Below are positions 10,725-19,544 of a stretch of 46,610 nt of DNA, one piece after another. The stretch is from positions 1 to 46,610 of the forward strand of contig NCIF01000004.1 in the NCBI GenBank assembly GCA_002256785.1, written 5' to 3'. A model generated the notes under the pieces. It was not told where the DNA came from. It made no database searches and saw nothing but the letters and a program-made list of their open reading frames with translations. This DNA comes from Hydrogenophilales bacterium 17-61-9 (GTDB lineage: Bacteria > Pseudomonadota > Gammaproteobacteria > Burkholderiales > Thiobacillaceae). A program made the position numbers and the translations under genes. Numbering within the stretch: position 1 is the first letter of the stretch; every line of letters starts with the position of its first letter.

Positions 10725-12557
10725 TCAGTGGCGGCGGGCGGCGCCAAAGTAATTAAGGTCGGCGCGCGAGCGGCGGCTGAGATCGAATCGAGCCGCCTCA
10801 ACGCCGCTGAACTGGCCTGCAAGCTGACCATAGACTTCGGTTGCCCAGGTTTTGTCGTTGAGGGCATCGGCAATCCCTTCGGCCCAGCGCAGCTTGTCAG
10901 CCGGCTTGCTTAAGTGCGTACCGCATTCGACGTACCATTTCCTGAGTGTCTCGGCAGGCATGGCAAAGCGCTTCAGGCGGTCGATGAACTGGATGCAGGC
11001 ATCGCCATGGGTGCAGGCGGCCGCCGCAGCGGAAAAATACTCATCCGCCCGGGCGGCGTTGCCCATGCCCGCATACAGCTGGCCAATGTGCGTCAGGGCG
11101 TAATGATCGTTTGCCTGGGCGCGTGCGGCCTCCAGCAGGCGACTGGCTTCTGCCTTGTCCTGGGTCGCGGCAAAGCTGATTTCCGCCAGTTTGGCACTGT
11201 CGTACACGGTCGCATGGGCATCTGCAGCCAGCGCTGTTTCGCGCGCCGCGAGGAACGCGCGGGCTTTGCTTGTTCCAAGTTCGCGGTGTTTCATGTGCGC
11301 GGCAGTGACGACCAGGTCCTTGAACGCGGTGAAGTCGGTGGCGTTCCCGGCGGCGCGGTCGAGCAGGCGGTTGAGCCAGTCGGTGTCGTCCAGGTTCTGG
11401 TCCACCGCCAGCAGAATCGGCTTGTAGCGCGAAAACTGGTAGCCGGTGCCGTCGAGCAGCGCTTCGGCGGCCTGGATCAGTTTGGCGGCGTAGAACGGAT
11501 CCTCCAGTTCGAGGCGCACGCGTTCGGCCAGCGCCAGAAACTGCTTGACGCTGGCGGCCTCTTTTTCCAGTTGCTGGAATTCCAGATAACGCGTGTGGTT
11601 GGCCTGGCGTTTTTCCAGTTTGGCTTTCACCCGGGCCAGGCGCTCGGCATCGTCGGCCAGATGGGCCTCGACTGCGGCGACCAGCTTTTGCATTTCGTCC
11701 AGACCGGCCACGGCTTCTTCGGCCTTGTCCAGCAGGGCGGCCGCACCCGGCTTGTCGCCCACACTGGCCAATCCCTCGGCCAGCTCGATGTGTTCGCCGG
11801 TGGCGCTGGCGAGTTCACCCGCTTTTTTCAGCGCAGCCTGCAAGAAAGCCGCGTCGCCTGCCTGCCTGGCCGATTCGACCAGGGTTTTCGCCGTGCCGAA
11901 ATCAGTTGCGCCATGCAGCGCGCGCTCATACAAGGCCTTGGCGCGTGCCGGATCGCCCAGCGTCTTGGTGACTTCGGCTGCCAATGCCAGCAGATCGGGA
12001 ACAGTGGAGAGCTTTTCCGCGGCCTTGTTGAAAATCTCGGCCGCATAGTCCTTGTCGAGCAGGTGCTCGGCCGAGGCCGCCGCCAGCTTGCTGTATTCCA
12101 CCGCGCGCGAGATTTTGGCTTCGGCCTTTTCCAATACTTTCTTGGCAAACGCGCTGTCGGCAATCACGTGCATGACGTTTTTCGCCAGGTCGATCAGCGG
12201 GTCGAGATTGCCGGTTTCCTTCAGCGCCTTTTCATATGCGCCGACTGCCGCCGCCTTGTCGCCCAGTACCTTGAACTTGGCCTCGGCCAGCGCAACCTGC
12301 TCGTCGCCGCTCATGCAGTAGTCTTCGGCGGTTTGCAGCAGTTCTTCGGCGCGGCTTTGCTCGCCCAGCGCCTGATAGACGATGGCGCACGCCGCCAGGT
12401 CCTTGGTGAACTGGCAATCGTCCGCCACGCGGTCCATCAGCTCCTTGGCATACGCCGCGTCAGCCGGTTCCTGCAGGGCTTCCAGCGCCAGCGCGGCATA
12501 GTCGGCGCCGCCGCTGCATTGGGCTTCTTTGGGGGTGAGGGTGTCGCGGGTGGCCAT
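10725..12557 (-). CDS. Hypothetical all-alpha helical-repeat (TPR-like) protein
   Basis: About 33-34 aa repeats, e.g. DKAAAVGAYEKA, DSAFAKKVLEKA, DKDYAAEIFNKA, DPARAKALYERA, DKPGAAALLDKA. Start ATG 12557 after GGAG. Confidence 0.8.
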   Translation of the reverse strand: MATRDTLTPKEAQCSGGADYAALALEALQEPADAAYAKELMDRVADDCQFTKDLAACAIVYQALGEQSRAEELLQTAEDYCMSGDEQVALAEAKFKVLGDKAAAVGAYEKALKETGNLDPLIDLAKNVMHVIADSAFAKKVLEKAEAKISRAVEYSKLAAASAEHLLDKDYAAEIFNKAAEKLSTVPDLLALAAEVTKTLGDPARAKALYERALHGATDFGTAKTLVESARQAGDAAFLQAALKKAGELASATGEHIELAEGLASVGDKPGAAALLDKAEEAVAGLDEMQKLVAAVEAHLADDAERLARVKAKLEKRQANHTRYLEFQQLEKEAASVKQFLALAERVRLELEDPFYAAKLIQAAEALLDGTGYQFSRYKPILLAVDQNLDDTDWLNRLLDRAAGNATDFTAFKDLVVTAAHMKHRELGTSKARAFLAARETALAADAHATVYDSAKLAEISFAATQDKAEASRLLEAARAQANDHYALTHIGQLYAGMGNAARADEYFSAAAAACTHGDACIQFIDRLKRFAMPAETLRKWYVECGTHLSKPADKLRWAEGIADALNDKTWATEVYGQLAGQFSGVEAARFDLSRRSRADLNYFGAARRH

Positions 12558-12787
12558 GGCTTCGTCTCCGTGAAAGTTCGATCCGTGATTTTCCGCCCGC
12601 GGGGGGTGGGCAGCCAATAAGTAATGTCGATGGCGGCATGAATTCATTTAAAAACCGCCTGTTTACATTGGCCGGGCGTCGACTGTCGACCGACGCGGGC
12701 ATGGCAATCAGGTGCAGGGCACGCTGGGCCGACGCATCCTGCTGGATGAGCCGATTGTCGGGCTGGCGGGCGCGCCAGCCTGTTGAA

Positions 12788-13321
12788 TCAATGCTTTTCC
12801 GGGTGCGGCATCAGCTTGTCGATGTAGGCGATCGCCACCGCCGACACGATGAAGGCCATGTGGATCACGGTTTGCCACAGCAGGACTTTTTCATCCAGGT
12901 TGGGTGCGTTGATGAAGGTCTTGAGCAGGTGGATCGACGAAATGCCGATGATGGCGGTGGCGAGCTTGACCTTCAGCACGTTGGCGTTGACGTGCGACAG
13001 CCACTCGGGCTCGTCGGGGTGGCCTTCGAGCCGCAGGCGCGAGACGAAGGTTTCGTAGCCGCCGACGATGACCATGATGAGCAGGTTGGAAATCATCACC
13101 ACGTCGATCAGGCCCAGCACGATGAGCATGATCGCTTCTTCGGAGAGCTTGAAGGTGCCGGAGACGAGATGTTCCAGCTCGACCATGAAGTGGATGACGT
13201 AGACCACTTGGGCGGCGATCAGGCCGAGGTAGAGCGGCACCTGCAGCCAGCGGCTGCCGAACAGGATGGAAGAAAGGAATCGGCCGCGGCGCTGGAGGGA
13301 GGGGGTGGTTTCAGGTTTCAT
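12788..13321 (-). CDS. UPF0114 / TIGR00645 (YqhA-like) inner-membrane protein
   Basis: SRWLQVPLYLGL, LIDVVMISNLLIMVIVGGYETFVSRL, LKVKLATAIIGISSIHLLKTF. Confidence 0.88.
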   Translation of the reverse strand: MKPETTPSLQRRGRFLSSILFGSRWLQVPLYLGLIAAQVVYVIHFMVELEHLVSGTFKLSEEAIMLIVLGLIDVVMISNLLIMVIVGGYETFVSRLRLEGHPDEPEWLSHVNANVLKVKLATAIIGISSIHLLKTFINAPNLDEKVLLWQTVIHMAFIVSAVAIAYIDKLMPHPEKH

Positions 13322-13362
13322 GTTTTCGTTGAGGGGTGAAGGGAATTTGAGGTGAAGAGGAT

Positions 13363-14685
13363 TTAGAGCACGTAGCGGGCGAGGTCTTCGCGGGCGGCCA
13401 GCGCGGCCAGCCGCGCGGCGACGGTTTCGGCGTCGACCACATGTTCGCCGGTGACATTGCCGGCGTCGAAAGAAATATCCTCCAGCAGTTTTTCCATCAC
13501 CGTATGCAGGCGCCGCGCACCGATGTTTTCGGTGCGCTCGTTGACCTCGAAGGCAATCTCGGCGAGGCGGCGGATGCCGTCTGCGGTGAATTTCAGCGCG
13601 ACGCCTTCGGTCGCCAGCAGCGCCTCGTACTGACGCGTCAGACAGGCGTCGGTCGAGGTCAGGATCTGCTCGAAATCTTCCACCGAGAGCGCCTGCAGCT
13701 CGACCCGGATCGGCAGCCGGCCCTGCAGCTCGGGAATGAGGTCGGACGGCTTCGACAGGTGAAACGCGCCGCTGGCGATGAACAGGATGTGATCGGTTTT
13801 CACCATGCCGTACTTGGTCGAGACCGTGGTGCCCTCGATCAGCGGCAGCAGGTCGCGCTGCACGCCCTGGCGCGACACGTCGCTGCCGTGGGCGTCGCCG
13901 CGGGTGGCGATCTTGTCGATCTCGTCCAGAAAAACGATGCCATTCTGCTCGACTGCTTCGAGCGCCTGCTGCTTGGTGTCTTCTTCGTTGATGAGCCGCC
14001 CGGCTTCTTCCTCGGTCAGCAGCCTGAAGGCTTCGCGCACTTTCAGCTTGCGGCTTTGCTTGCGGCTTTGGCCCAGATTCTGGAACATGCCCTGCAACTG
14101 CTGCGACAGGTCTTCCATCCCCGGCGGGGTGAAAATTTCCATGCTGGGGTGGGTCGCCGCGAGTTCAATTTCAATGTCCTTGTCGTCGAGTTCGCCTTCG
14201 CGCAGCATCTTGCGGAAACGCTGGCGCGCGGCGCCTTCTTCGCGCGGCGGTTCGGACTCGCCAAAGCCGACGCTGCGCGGCGGCGGCAGCAGCGCGTCGA
14301 GCACACGGTCTTCGGCAGCTTCCTCGGCGCGAAACTGCACCTTGGCCGTGGCCTGTTCGCGCATCTGCTTGACCGCGGTTTCCATCAGGTCGCGGATGAT
14401 GGTGTCGACGTCGCGGCCGACGTAGCCAACTTCGGTGAACTTGGTTGCCTCGATCTTGATGAAGGGTGCGTTGGCGAGTCGCGCCAGCCGGCGCGCGATT
14501 TCTGTTTTGCCGACGCCGGTCGGGCCGATCATCAGGATATTCTTCGGCGTGATTTCCTGGCGCAAGGGCTCGCTCACCTGCTGGCGCCGCCAGCGGTTGC
14601 GCAGCGCAACCGCCACCGCGCGCTTGGCGGCGGCCTGGCCGACGATGTGCTTGTCGAGTTCGTGGACGATTTCTTTGGGGGTCAT
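13363..14685 (-). CDS. hslU: ATP-dependent protease ATPase subunit HslU
   Basis: [51 protein letters not shown]-terminal RYVL. Confidence 0.97.
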   Translation of the reverse strand: MTPKEIVHELDKHIVGQAAAKRAVAVALRNRWRRQQVSEPLRQEITPKNILMIGPTGVGKTEIARRLARLANAPFIKIEATKFTEVGYVGRDVDTIIRDLMETAVKQMREQATAKVQFRAEEAAEDRVLDALLPPPRSVGFGESEPPREEGAARQRFRKMLREGELDDKDIEIELAATHPSMEIFTPPGMEDLSQQLQGMFQNLGQSRKQSRKLKVREAFRLLTEEEAGRLINEEDTKQQALEAVEQNGIVFLDEIDKIATRGDAHGSDVSRQGVQRDLLPLIEGTTVSTKYGMVKTDHILFIASGAFHLSKPSDLIPELQGRLPIRVELQALSVEDFEQILTSTDACLTRQYEALLATEGVALKFTADGIRRLAEIAFEVNERTENIGARRLHTVMEKLLEDISFDAGNVTGEHVVDAETVAARLAALAAREDLARYVL

Positions 14686-14796
14686 AGGGGTCAGGATTCA
14701 GGGGCCAGGGATCAGGGGGCTTTGTCGCTTCGCGGGTTTTTTAAGGAGGGCGGCCAGAGGCCGCTCATTCCCTGCCCCCTGAATCCTGACCCCTAT
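14684..14796. repeat. 28-bp inverted repeat built from heptamer tandem repeats, spanning the hslV end and hslU start
   Basis: ATAGGGGTCAGGATTCAGGGGCCAGGGA (14684-14711) pairs with TCCCTGCCCCCTGAATCCTGACCCCTAT (14769-14796), 1 mismatch. Units are GGGGTCA, GGATTCA, GGGGCCA, GGGATCA. Confidence 0.85.
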
Positions 14797-15331
14797 CCCC
14801 TAAAACCTCGATCACGTGATTCTGGTTCGAGTAAATGCAGATATCGCCCGCAATGGTGAGGCTCTTTTTGACGATTTCAACCGGGGAGAGCCCGGTATTT
14901 TCAAGCAGCGCCACGGCGGCGGACTGGGCATAGGCGCCGCCGGATCCGATCGCGGCGATGCCGAGCTCGGGTTCCAGCACGTCGCCGTTGCCGGTGATGA
15001 TGAGCGAGTGCTCACGGTCCGCCACCACCAGCATGGCTTCGAGCCGCCGCAGCATGCGGTCGGTGCGCCAGTCCTTGGCGAGTTCGACGGCGCTGCGCAG
15101 CAAATGGCCCGAGTGTTTTTCGAGTTTGGCCTCGAAGCGCTCAAACAGGGTGAAGGCGTCGGCGGTGCCGCCGGCAAACCCGGCCAGGACTTTTTCCTGA
15201 TACAGGCGGCGCACCTTGCGCGCGGTAGCCTTGATGACGATGTTGCCGAGGGTGACCTGGCCGTCGCCGCCGAGGGCAACGTCCGCGCCGCGCCGGACAG
15301 ACAGAATGGTGGTGCCGCGATATTGTTCCAT
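14765..15331 (-). CDS. hslV: ATP-dependent protease peptidase subunit HslV
   Basis: Short propeptide then catalytic TTILSVRR; [36 protein letters not shown]. Confidence 0.97.
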   Translation of the reverse strand: MEQYRGTTILSVRRGADVALGGDGQVTLGNIVIKATARKVRRLYQEKVLAGFAGGTADAFTLFERFEAKLEKHSGHLLRSAVELAKDWRTDRMLRRLEAMLVVADREHSLIITGNGDVLEPELGIAAIGSGGAYAQSAAVALLENTGLSPVEIVKKSLTIAGDICIYSNQNHVIEVLGDRGQDSGGRE

Positions 15332-15439
15332 GGGGCGATTATAAAGGATGGGCGATCGCAGGGTTCGGCGCCTGCCAGACGCTGGCGCGACCCGCGCACG
15401 GCGTTGCCGGAAATGGCGGCCGGTTAAGCCAGGCGGGGA

Positions 15440-16558
15440 TTAGACGGAATGGCGGGGCAGCAGTTGCGCCAGCTGGTCGATGCCCATGACGCGGAAGAGT
15501 TCGTGGATGAGCGCATTGTGGCCGCGCAGGGTGATGGGCTTGCCGCTACCCAGACATTGCATCAGCACGCTGATGAACTGGCTGATGCTGGCGTAATCCA
15601 CGCGGGTGACTTTCGACAGATCGACCAGCACTTCGTTGTGGGTGGCGGCATAGCTGCCGAGCTGCTGCAGCACGCTGTCGGTGGCGGGGGTGATTTCCCC
15701 GGAGAGATGCAAGGCATCGTCGAGCGGCTCGGCGGGCGCGGCCTGCACAACCACGGCGGCCTGCACCTCGCTCCAGGAGGGCGGCGACACTTCAAAACGC
15801 ACCGCGTAGTCCACCGCCAGGTCTTCGAACGGCTCCTGCTGGCCGAGGGTTTGATACAACTCCAGCAACAGCAGCCAGTGGACCGCGCGGCTGTGGGTTG
15901 CGCGGTTGAGGTCCTGCAGCAGTGCAATGAGCCGGTCGACACCGCTGACCTGCAACTTGCGCTTGGCTTTGCGCGCCGCGCTCAGTATTTTGGCGCACTC
16001 GTCCGCCCCGGATTCGTCGACCATTTCAATGCGCGAAAAATTGATCCGCACCACGGCTTTTTTGTCGGCGGCGGCGATGCCTTCGCGCAGCGTGGCCGCC
16101 GCATTCTTGTCGAGCAAGCCGGGCAATTCCAGGCTGGCAGCTTGTTCCTGCTGGGCTTTGCTCGTCCCGCCGCCGTTGGTCTTTTGACAGACCGGGGGCG
16201 AGGATTCAAAACGAACCGCGTAATCCAGCGCCAGTTGCTCAAGGTCCTTTTCCCGGTTCTGGATGCAATACAGATCGAACAGCATGAGCCAGGCACGGCG
16301 ATCGCCCGTTGCCAACACGCCCTTCAACATGCCCTCGGCTACTTCGACCTGGTTGCTGGCATACAGGATGGCCGCTTCGTCCACCGGCGACTGGGGGGCG
16401 CCGCTGTTTTCTTCAACCACGATGCCGCTCGTGCTCATCTCCATGGTCAACAGGGTTTCAGGCGCGCGCGACTCCATAGCGTGCGCAGACGCCGGCGCAG
16501 TTTTTTGCGCGTGGTCAGGCATCTTGTCTTTGTTTTTCTTGAAAAACGGGAGTGCCAC
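15440..16558 (-). CDS. STAS-domain protein with an internal duplication
   Basis: The module W-L-x-L-x-[DE]-L-Y...LA(L/V)DYAVRFE(S/V)SPP occurs twice, each copy followed by a STAS-like segment (INFSRIEMVD; VDLSKVTRVDY...LFRVMGI). GTG start. Confidence 0.8.
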   Translation of the reverse strand: MALPFFKKNKDKMPDHAQKTAPASAHAMESRAPETLLTMEMSTSGIVVEENSGAPQSPVDEAAILYASNQVEVAEGMLKGVLATGDRRAWLMLFDLYCIQNREKDLEQLALDYAVRFESSPPVCQKTNGGGTSKAQQEQAASLELPGLLDKNAAATLREGIAAADKKAVVRINFSRIEMVDESGADECAKILSAARKAKRKLQVSGVDRLIALLQDLNRATHSRAVHWLLLLELYQTLGQQEPFEDLAVDYAVRFEVSPPSWSEVQAAVVVQAAPAEPLDDALHLSGEITPATDSVLQQLGSYAATHNEVLVDLSKVTRVDYASISQFISVLMQCLGSGKPITLRGHNALIHELFRVMGIDQLAQLLPRHSV

Positions 16559-16593
16559 GAGTAGGGGTGTTTGGATCAGGGTGTAGGTGAAGG

Positions 16594-16622
16594 ATACTAG
16601 CGCTGTCGCGAGGTTGCGGCAA
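16594..16622 (-). promoter_or_regulatory. Candidate sigma70 promoter for the STAS gene
   Basis: Minus strand TTGCCG, 17 nt, TAGTAT, ending about 35 nt upstream of the GTG. Confidence 0.4.
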
Positions 16623-16776
16623 GCCGTAGCATCTTACCGGAGATCGGGGCTGCGGTTGCGAAGGCGACAATAACTGCGGGCCCGGCGGGTCCGTTGAACC
16701 GGGCCGGGGCGACGAGCCCGGCTGAATCGGCCCGCGCACCGAGCAGCCAGCCGGCCAACGGGCCTGTCCGGCGCCC

Positions 16777-18810
16777 TTAAAACTGCCCTCTGAGCCCGAG
16801 CACGAAAGCGCGTCCCGGCAACGGCGCGACATCCTTCAGATAAGAGGTATGCACGCGAATTTCATTGTCGAGCAGGTTCTTGCCTTGGACAAAGACCGTA
16901 TAGCCGATGGACTTGTCTTGCTTGATACGGTAGCTCACTTCGGCGTTGGCCAGGGTGTAAGCGGGGGTCGCCGTTTCGAGTTCCGCCAGACGGTTTTGAC
17001 GCGCCGCGCGGACCACGCTTAGGTTGGCCGCCCAGGCGCCCGCCTGATGGTCGAGTTGCAGCCCGAACCGATGCGGCGGCGTGCGCGGCACATTTCCGCC
17101 ACGATCCAGCTTGCCGCGCACGGTGTCGGCAAACAGGCGCAAATCGAGGGCGCCGGGCAGCAGCGTGAAGACCGCTTCCGCTTCCGCGCCATAAAAACGC
17201 GCGCCCGTCTGCGCCACATTCTGCACCAGATACTCGCCATCGGGATCCAGCGTGCCGGCATCGTCGACGCGATCCGCCACGCCGTCGCCGTCGGTGTCGG
17301 CACTGCGCTCGAAAATATAATTGCCGATCCGGTTATGGAATACATTGGCCTTCCATTTCACGGCGCCGGCGGTCTTGCGCAGGGACAGGTCGATGTTGTG
17401 GGCGGTTTCCTTGACCAAGGCGTGATTGCCGGTCTGGTAGGCGCGCGTGGCGGTGTGCGGGCCGTCCGAATACAACTCTTCCGTCGCGGGCGCGCGTTGC
17501 CCCTGCGTAGCCGACAGGCCGAGTCCGTAGCCATCCTTGAATTTCCATAACACGCCCGCGGAGGCGCTGTAGAGATTGAATGCCCGCGACGGATTGGCGC
17601 TGTCCAGCGGGTTTTGCGTGGCGCGCTCGGCCCGTCCGCCGAGTTCCAGCCGCCAGCGCGCCCAGTTGCGTTCTTCGACCAGGAACAGGCCGGTGGAACG
17701 CGATTGGGTGGCCGGCACAATGGCCTCCTCGCCGATGGCGGAAAAGCTGCGGTCCTGTAATTGCACTCCGAGCACGCCCTGCCAGTTCGCTACCGGCGCA
17801 TGCAGAAGCTCGACGCGGCCTTCGAAGCCCCGATTGTCAAACCGGGTTCCGGTCTCGCCGCTGCCTTCGATTTCGGCGTGCTGGTAGTCGTTGTAGCCCA
17901 TGCGCAGCTTGAGCCGCTTGAATCCCCGGAACGGATCGTCCAGCTCGCCCGCTAAATCATAGCGGCGCTGCTTGAGGTCGATTTGCGTGCCATCGGCGCC
18001 GGGGATGCCATAGAGGCTTTCCAGCTGCGCAACCGATGCGCCCACAAAGCCCCGCTCGCCGATAAAAGACCCGCCCATGGACACGCCGTCCGAATCGATC
18101 GCGCTGTTGCCGACGCGGCCCGCCGGCGTGTCGTAATCGCCGGTCCTGCGTTTGAAGCCGTCCACATTCCAGGACGTCTGGCCGAGGCTGCCCGTCGCGT
18201 TGAACGCGCCGCTGCGTTCGTCCGTCGCCGAATTGCCGCGCAGTTCGACATTGCCCGTCGGCGAGTTGAACAGGCGGTTCGGAATGCGGCCCGTTACGAC
18301 GTTGACCACGCCGCCCGATGCCCCGCTGCCGTAAAGCAGCGTCGCCGGGCCGCGCAGGATTTCGATTTGCGCGGCATTGAACGATTCGGCCGTCACCATG
18401 TGGTCGGGACTGAGGGTCGAGATATCCTGCGTGCCGATACCGCCTTCCAGCACCCGAATGCGCGGTCCGTCCAGGCCGCGAATGATCGGCCGGCCGGCGG
18501 CCGGGCCAAAGGCGCTCGATGTCACGCCGAGCTCATGGAAAAGGGTGTCGCCGAGGCTCGCTTCGCGTTTGCGGCGCAGATCGTCGCCCTGCAACACCGA
18601 AACGGGTTGCGCCAGGTCGAGTTCGTCGCGGTTCGCAAAGGGCAGGGCCGTCACGACTATCGCCGGCAATTCGGCTGCTGTGCGGCTGTCTTCGGCATGC
18701 GCCGCCGACATGCCCAGCACGGCAAGCGCCGAGGCAATGAGGCTCGGTTTAAACAGCCCGCCAGGGTTGCGCAAGCTTGCGCGGGTGAGATTACGGTTTG
18801 AGTATTTCAT
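16777..18810 (-). CDS. TonB-dependent receptor, ZnuD-like (metal uptake)
   Basis: Signal peptide, plug motifs GRPIIRGLDGPRI and IEILRGPATLLYGSGASGGVVN, EELYSDGPHTAT, C-terminal PLPGRAFVLGLRGQF. Start ATG 18810. Confidence 0.88.
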   Translation of the reverse strand: MKYSNRNLTRASLRNPGGLFKPSLIASALAVLGMSAAHAEDSRTAAELPAIVVTALPFANRDELDLAQPVSVLQGDDLRRKREASLGDTLFHELGVTSSAFGPAAGRPIIRGLDGPRIRVLEGGIGTQDISTLSPDHMVTAESFNAAQIEILRGPATLLYGSGASGGVVNVVTGRIPNRLFNSPTGNVELRGNSATDERSGAFNATGSLGQTSWNVDGFKRRTGDYDTPAGRVGNSAIDSDGVSMGGSFIGERGFVGASVAQLESLYGIPGADGTQIDLKQRRYDLAGELDDPFRGFKRLKLRMGYNDYQHAEIEGSGETGTRFDNRGFEGRVELLHAPVANWQGVLGVQLQDRSFSAIGEEAIVPATQSRSTGLFLVEERNWARWRLELGGRAERATQNPLDSANPSRAFNLYSASAGVLWKFKDGYGLGLSATQGQRAPATEELYSDGPHTATRAYQTGNHALVKETAHNIDLSLRKTAGAVKWKANVFHNRIGNYIFERSADTDGDGVADRVDDAGTLDPDGEYLVQNVAQTGARFYGAEAEAVFTLLPGALDLRLFADTVRGKLDRGGNVPRTPPHRFGLQLDHQAGAWAANLSVVRAARQNRLAELETATPAYTLANAEVSYRIKQDKSIGYTVFVQGKNLLDNEIRVHTSYLKDVAPLPGRAFVLGLRGQF

Positions 18811-18970
18811 GCTGATTCCCTGAACAATGGAATGGAGGGGTCGCCTGCAACGGGCTGGTGCGGCGCGCGCCAGGCGCGTGCGGCTCCCGCGTGGTCGAAG
18901 CCAGGCGGGAGGGGCGGCACGCAACAGCCCGGCAGCGCGTCAAACGACGCGGTCTGCCAAGGCAAGCCGG

Positions 18971-19285
18971 TTAAATGAAAAAGGAGAGAGGAGAGGCCAA
19001 CGGAGGCGCGCGCGCTTGATAGCGGCAGGTGACGCTGCCAAAAAATGGCAGTTGCGGGGCGGATGCAACAAACAGGCCGGGCGCGCTGGCAAAATGCAGC
19101 GTGTTGCTGCCTGGCAGCGCGCTTCCCAGGCCGTGTCCGACAAGGTGCTGGCACGCCGGCGAATGCGCGTTGCCGGCTTTTTCCCATGGATGCACCACGC
19201 CATGCGCCGCCACCGCCAGCTGCGCCAGTGTCAGGCACAGTGCCAGCGTCAGGGCAAGCAGGGGACGAATGCGGCGAGGGTGCAT
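18971..19285 (-). CDS. Small His/Cys membrane-targeted leader protein with C-terminal RAPP (DUF2946/CruR-like)
   Basis: MHPRRIRPLLALTLALCLTLAQLAVAAH (signal or TM segment), HGVVH...AHSPACQHLVGH, and QARAPP near the stop. Directly upstream of a TBDR gene. Confidence 0.7.
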   Translation of the reverse strand: MHPRRIRPLLALTLALCLTLAQLAVAAHGVVHPWEKAGNAHSPACQHLVGHGLGSALPGSNTLHFASAPGLFVASAPQLPFFGSVTCRYQARAPPLASPLSFFI

Positions 19286-19304
19286 GGCTTGTATGGGTTG
19301 AATC

Positions 19305-19544
19305 CTACTGTTTGGGTGAATCAACCGGCGGCACCGGATCGTAGCCGTGGGCGCAGCCGGGGCGGCAGCGACCGATGCGTTTGGCGGCCAGCCAGCCGCC
19401 CTTGATCGCCCCGTGTGTTTCGATCGCTTCCTTGCTGTATTCCGAGCAGGTCGGCAGGTAGCGGCACTGCCGCCCGAGCCAGGGCGAAAGCGCGAGCTGG
19501 TAGCCGCGGATCAGCCCGACGAGCAGCGTTTGCGCGAGGTTCAT
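19305..19544 (-). CDS. yidD: Membrane protein insertion efficiency factor YidD (probable paralogue)
   Basis: [25 protein letters not shown]...[18 protein letters not shown]....GYDPVP. 4-nt overlap with the upstream gene. Confidence 0.9.
   Translation of the reverse strand: MNLAQTLLVGLIRGYQLALSPWLGRQCRYLPTCSEYSKEAIETHGAIKGGWLAAKRIGRCRPGCAHGYDPVPPVDSPKQ

Noticed and set aside
16623-16776. GC-rich intergenic region next to the TonB receptor as a cobalamin riboswitch
   Set aside because: No B12-box or other consensus elements are visible, and it lies downstream of the receptor gene.
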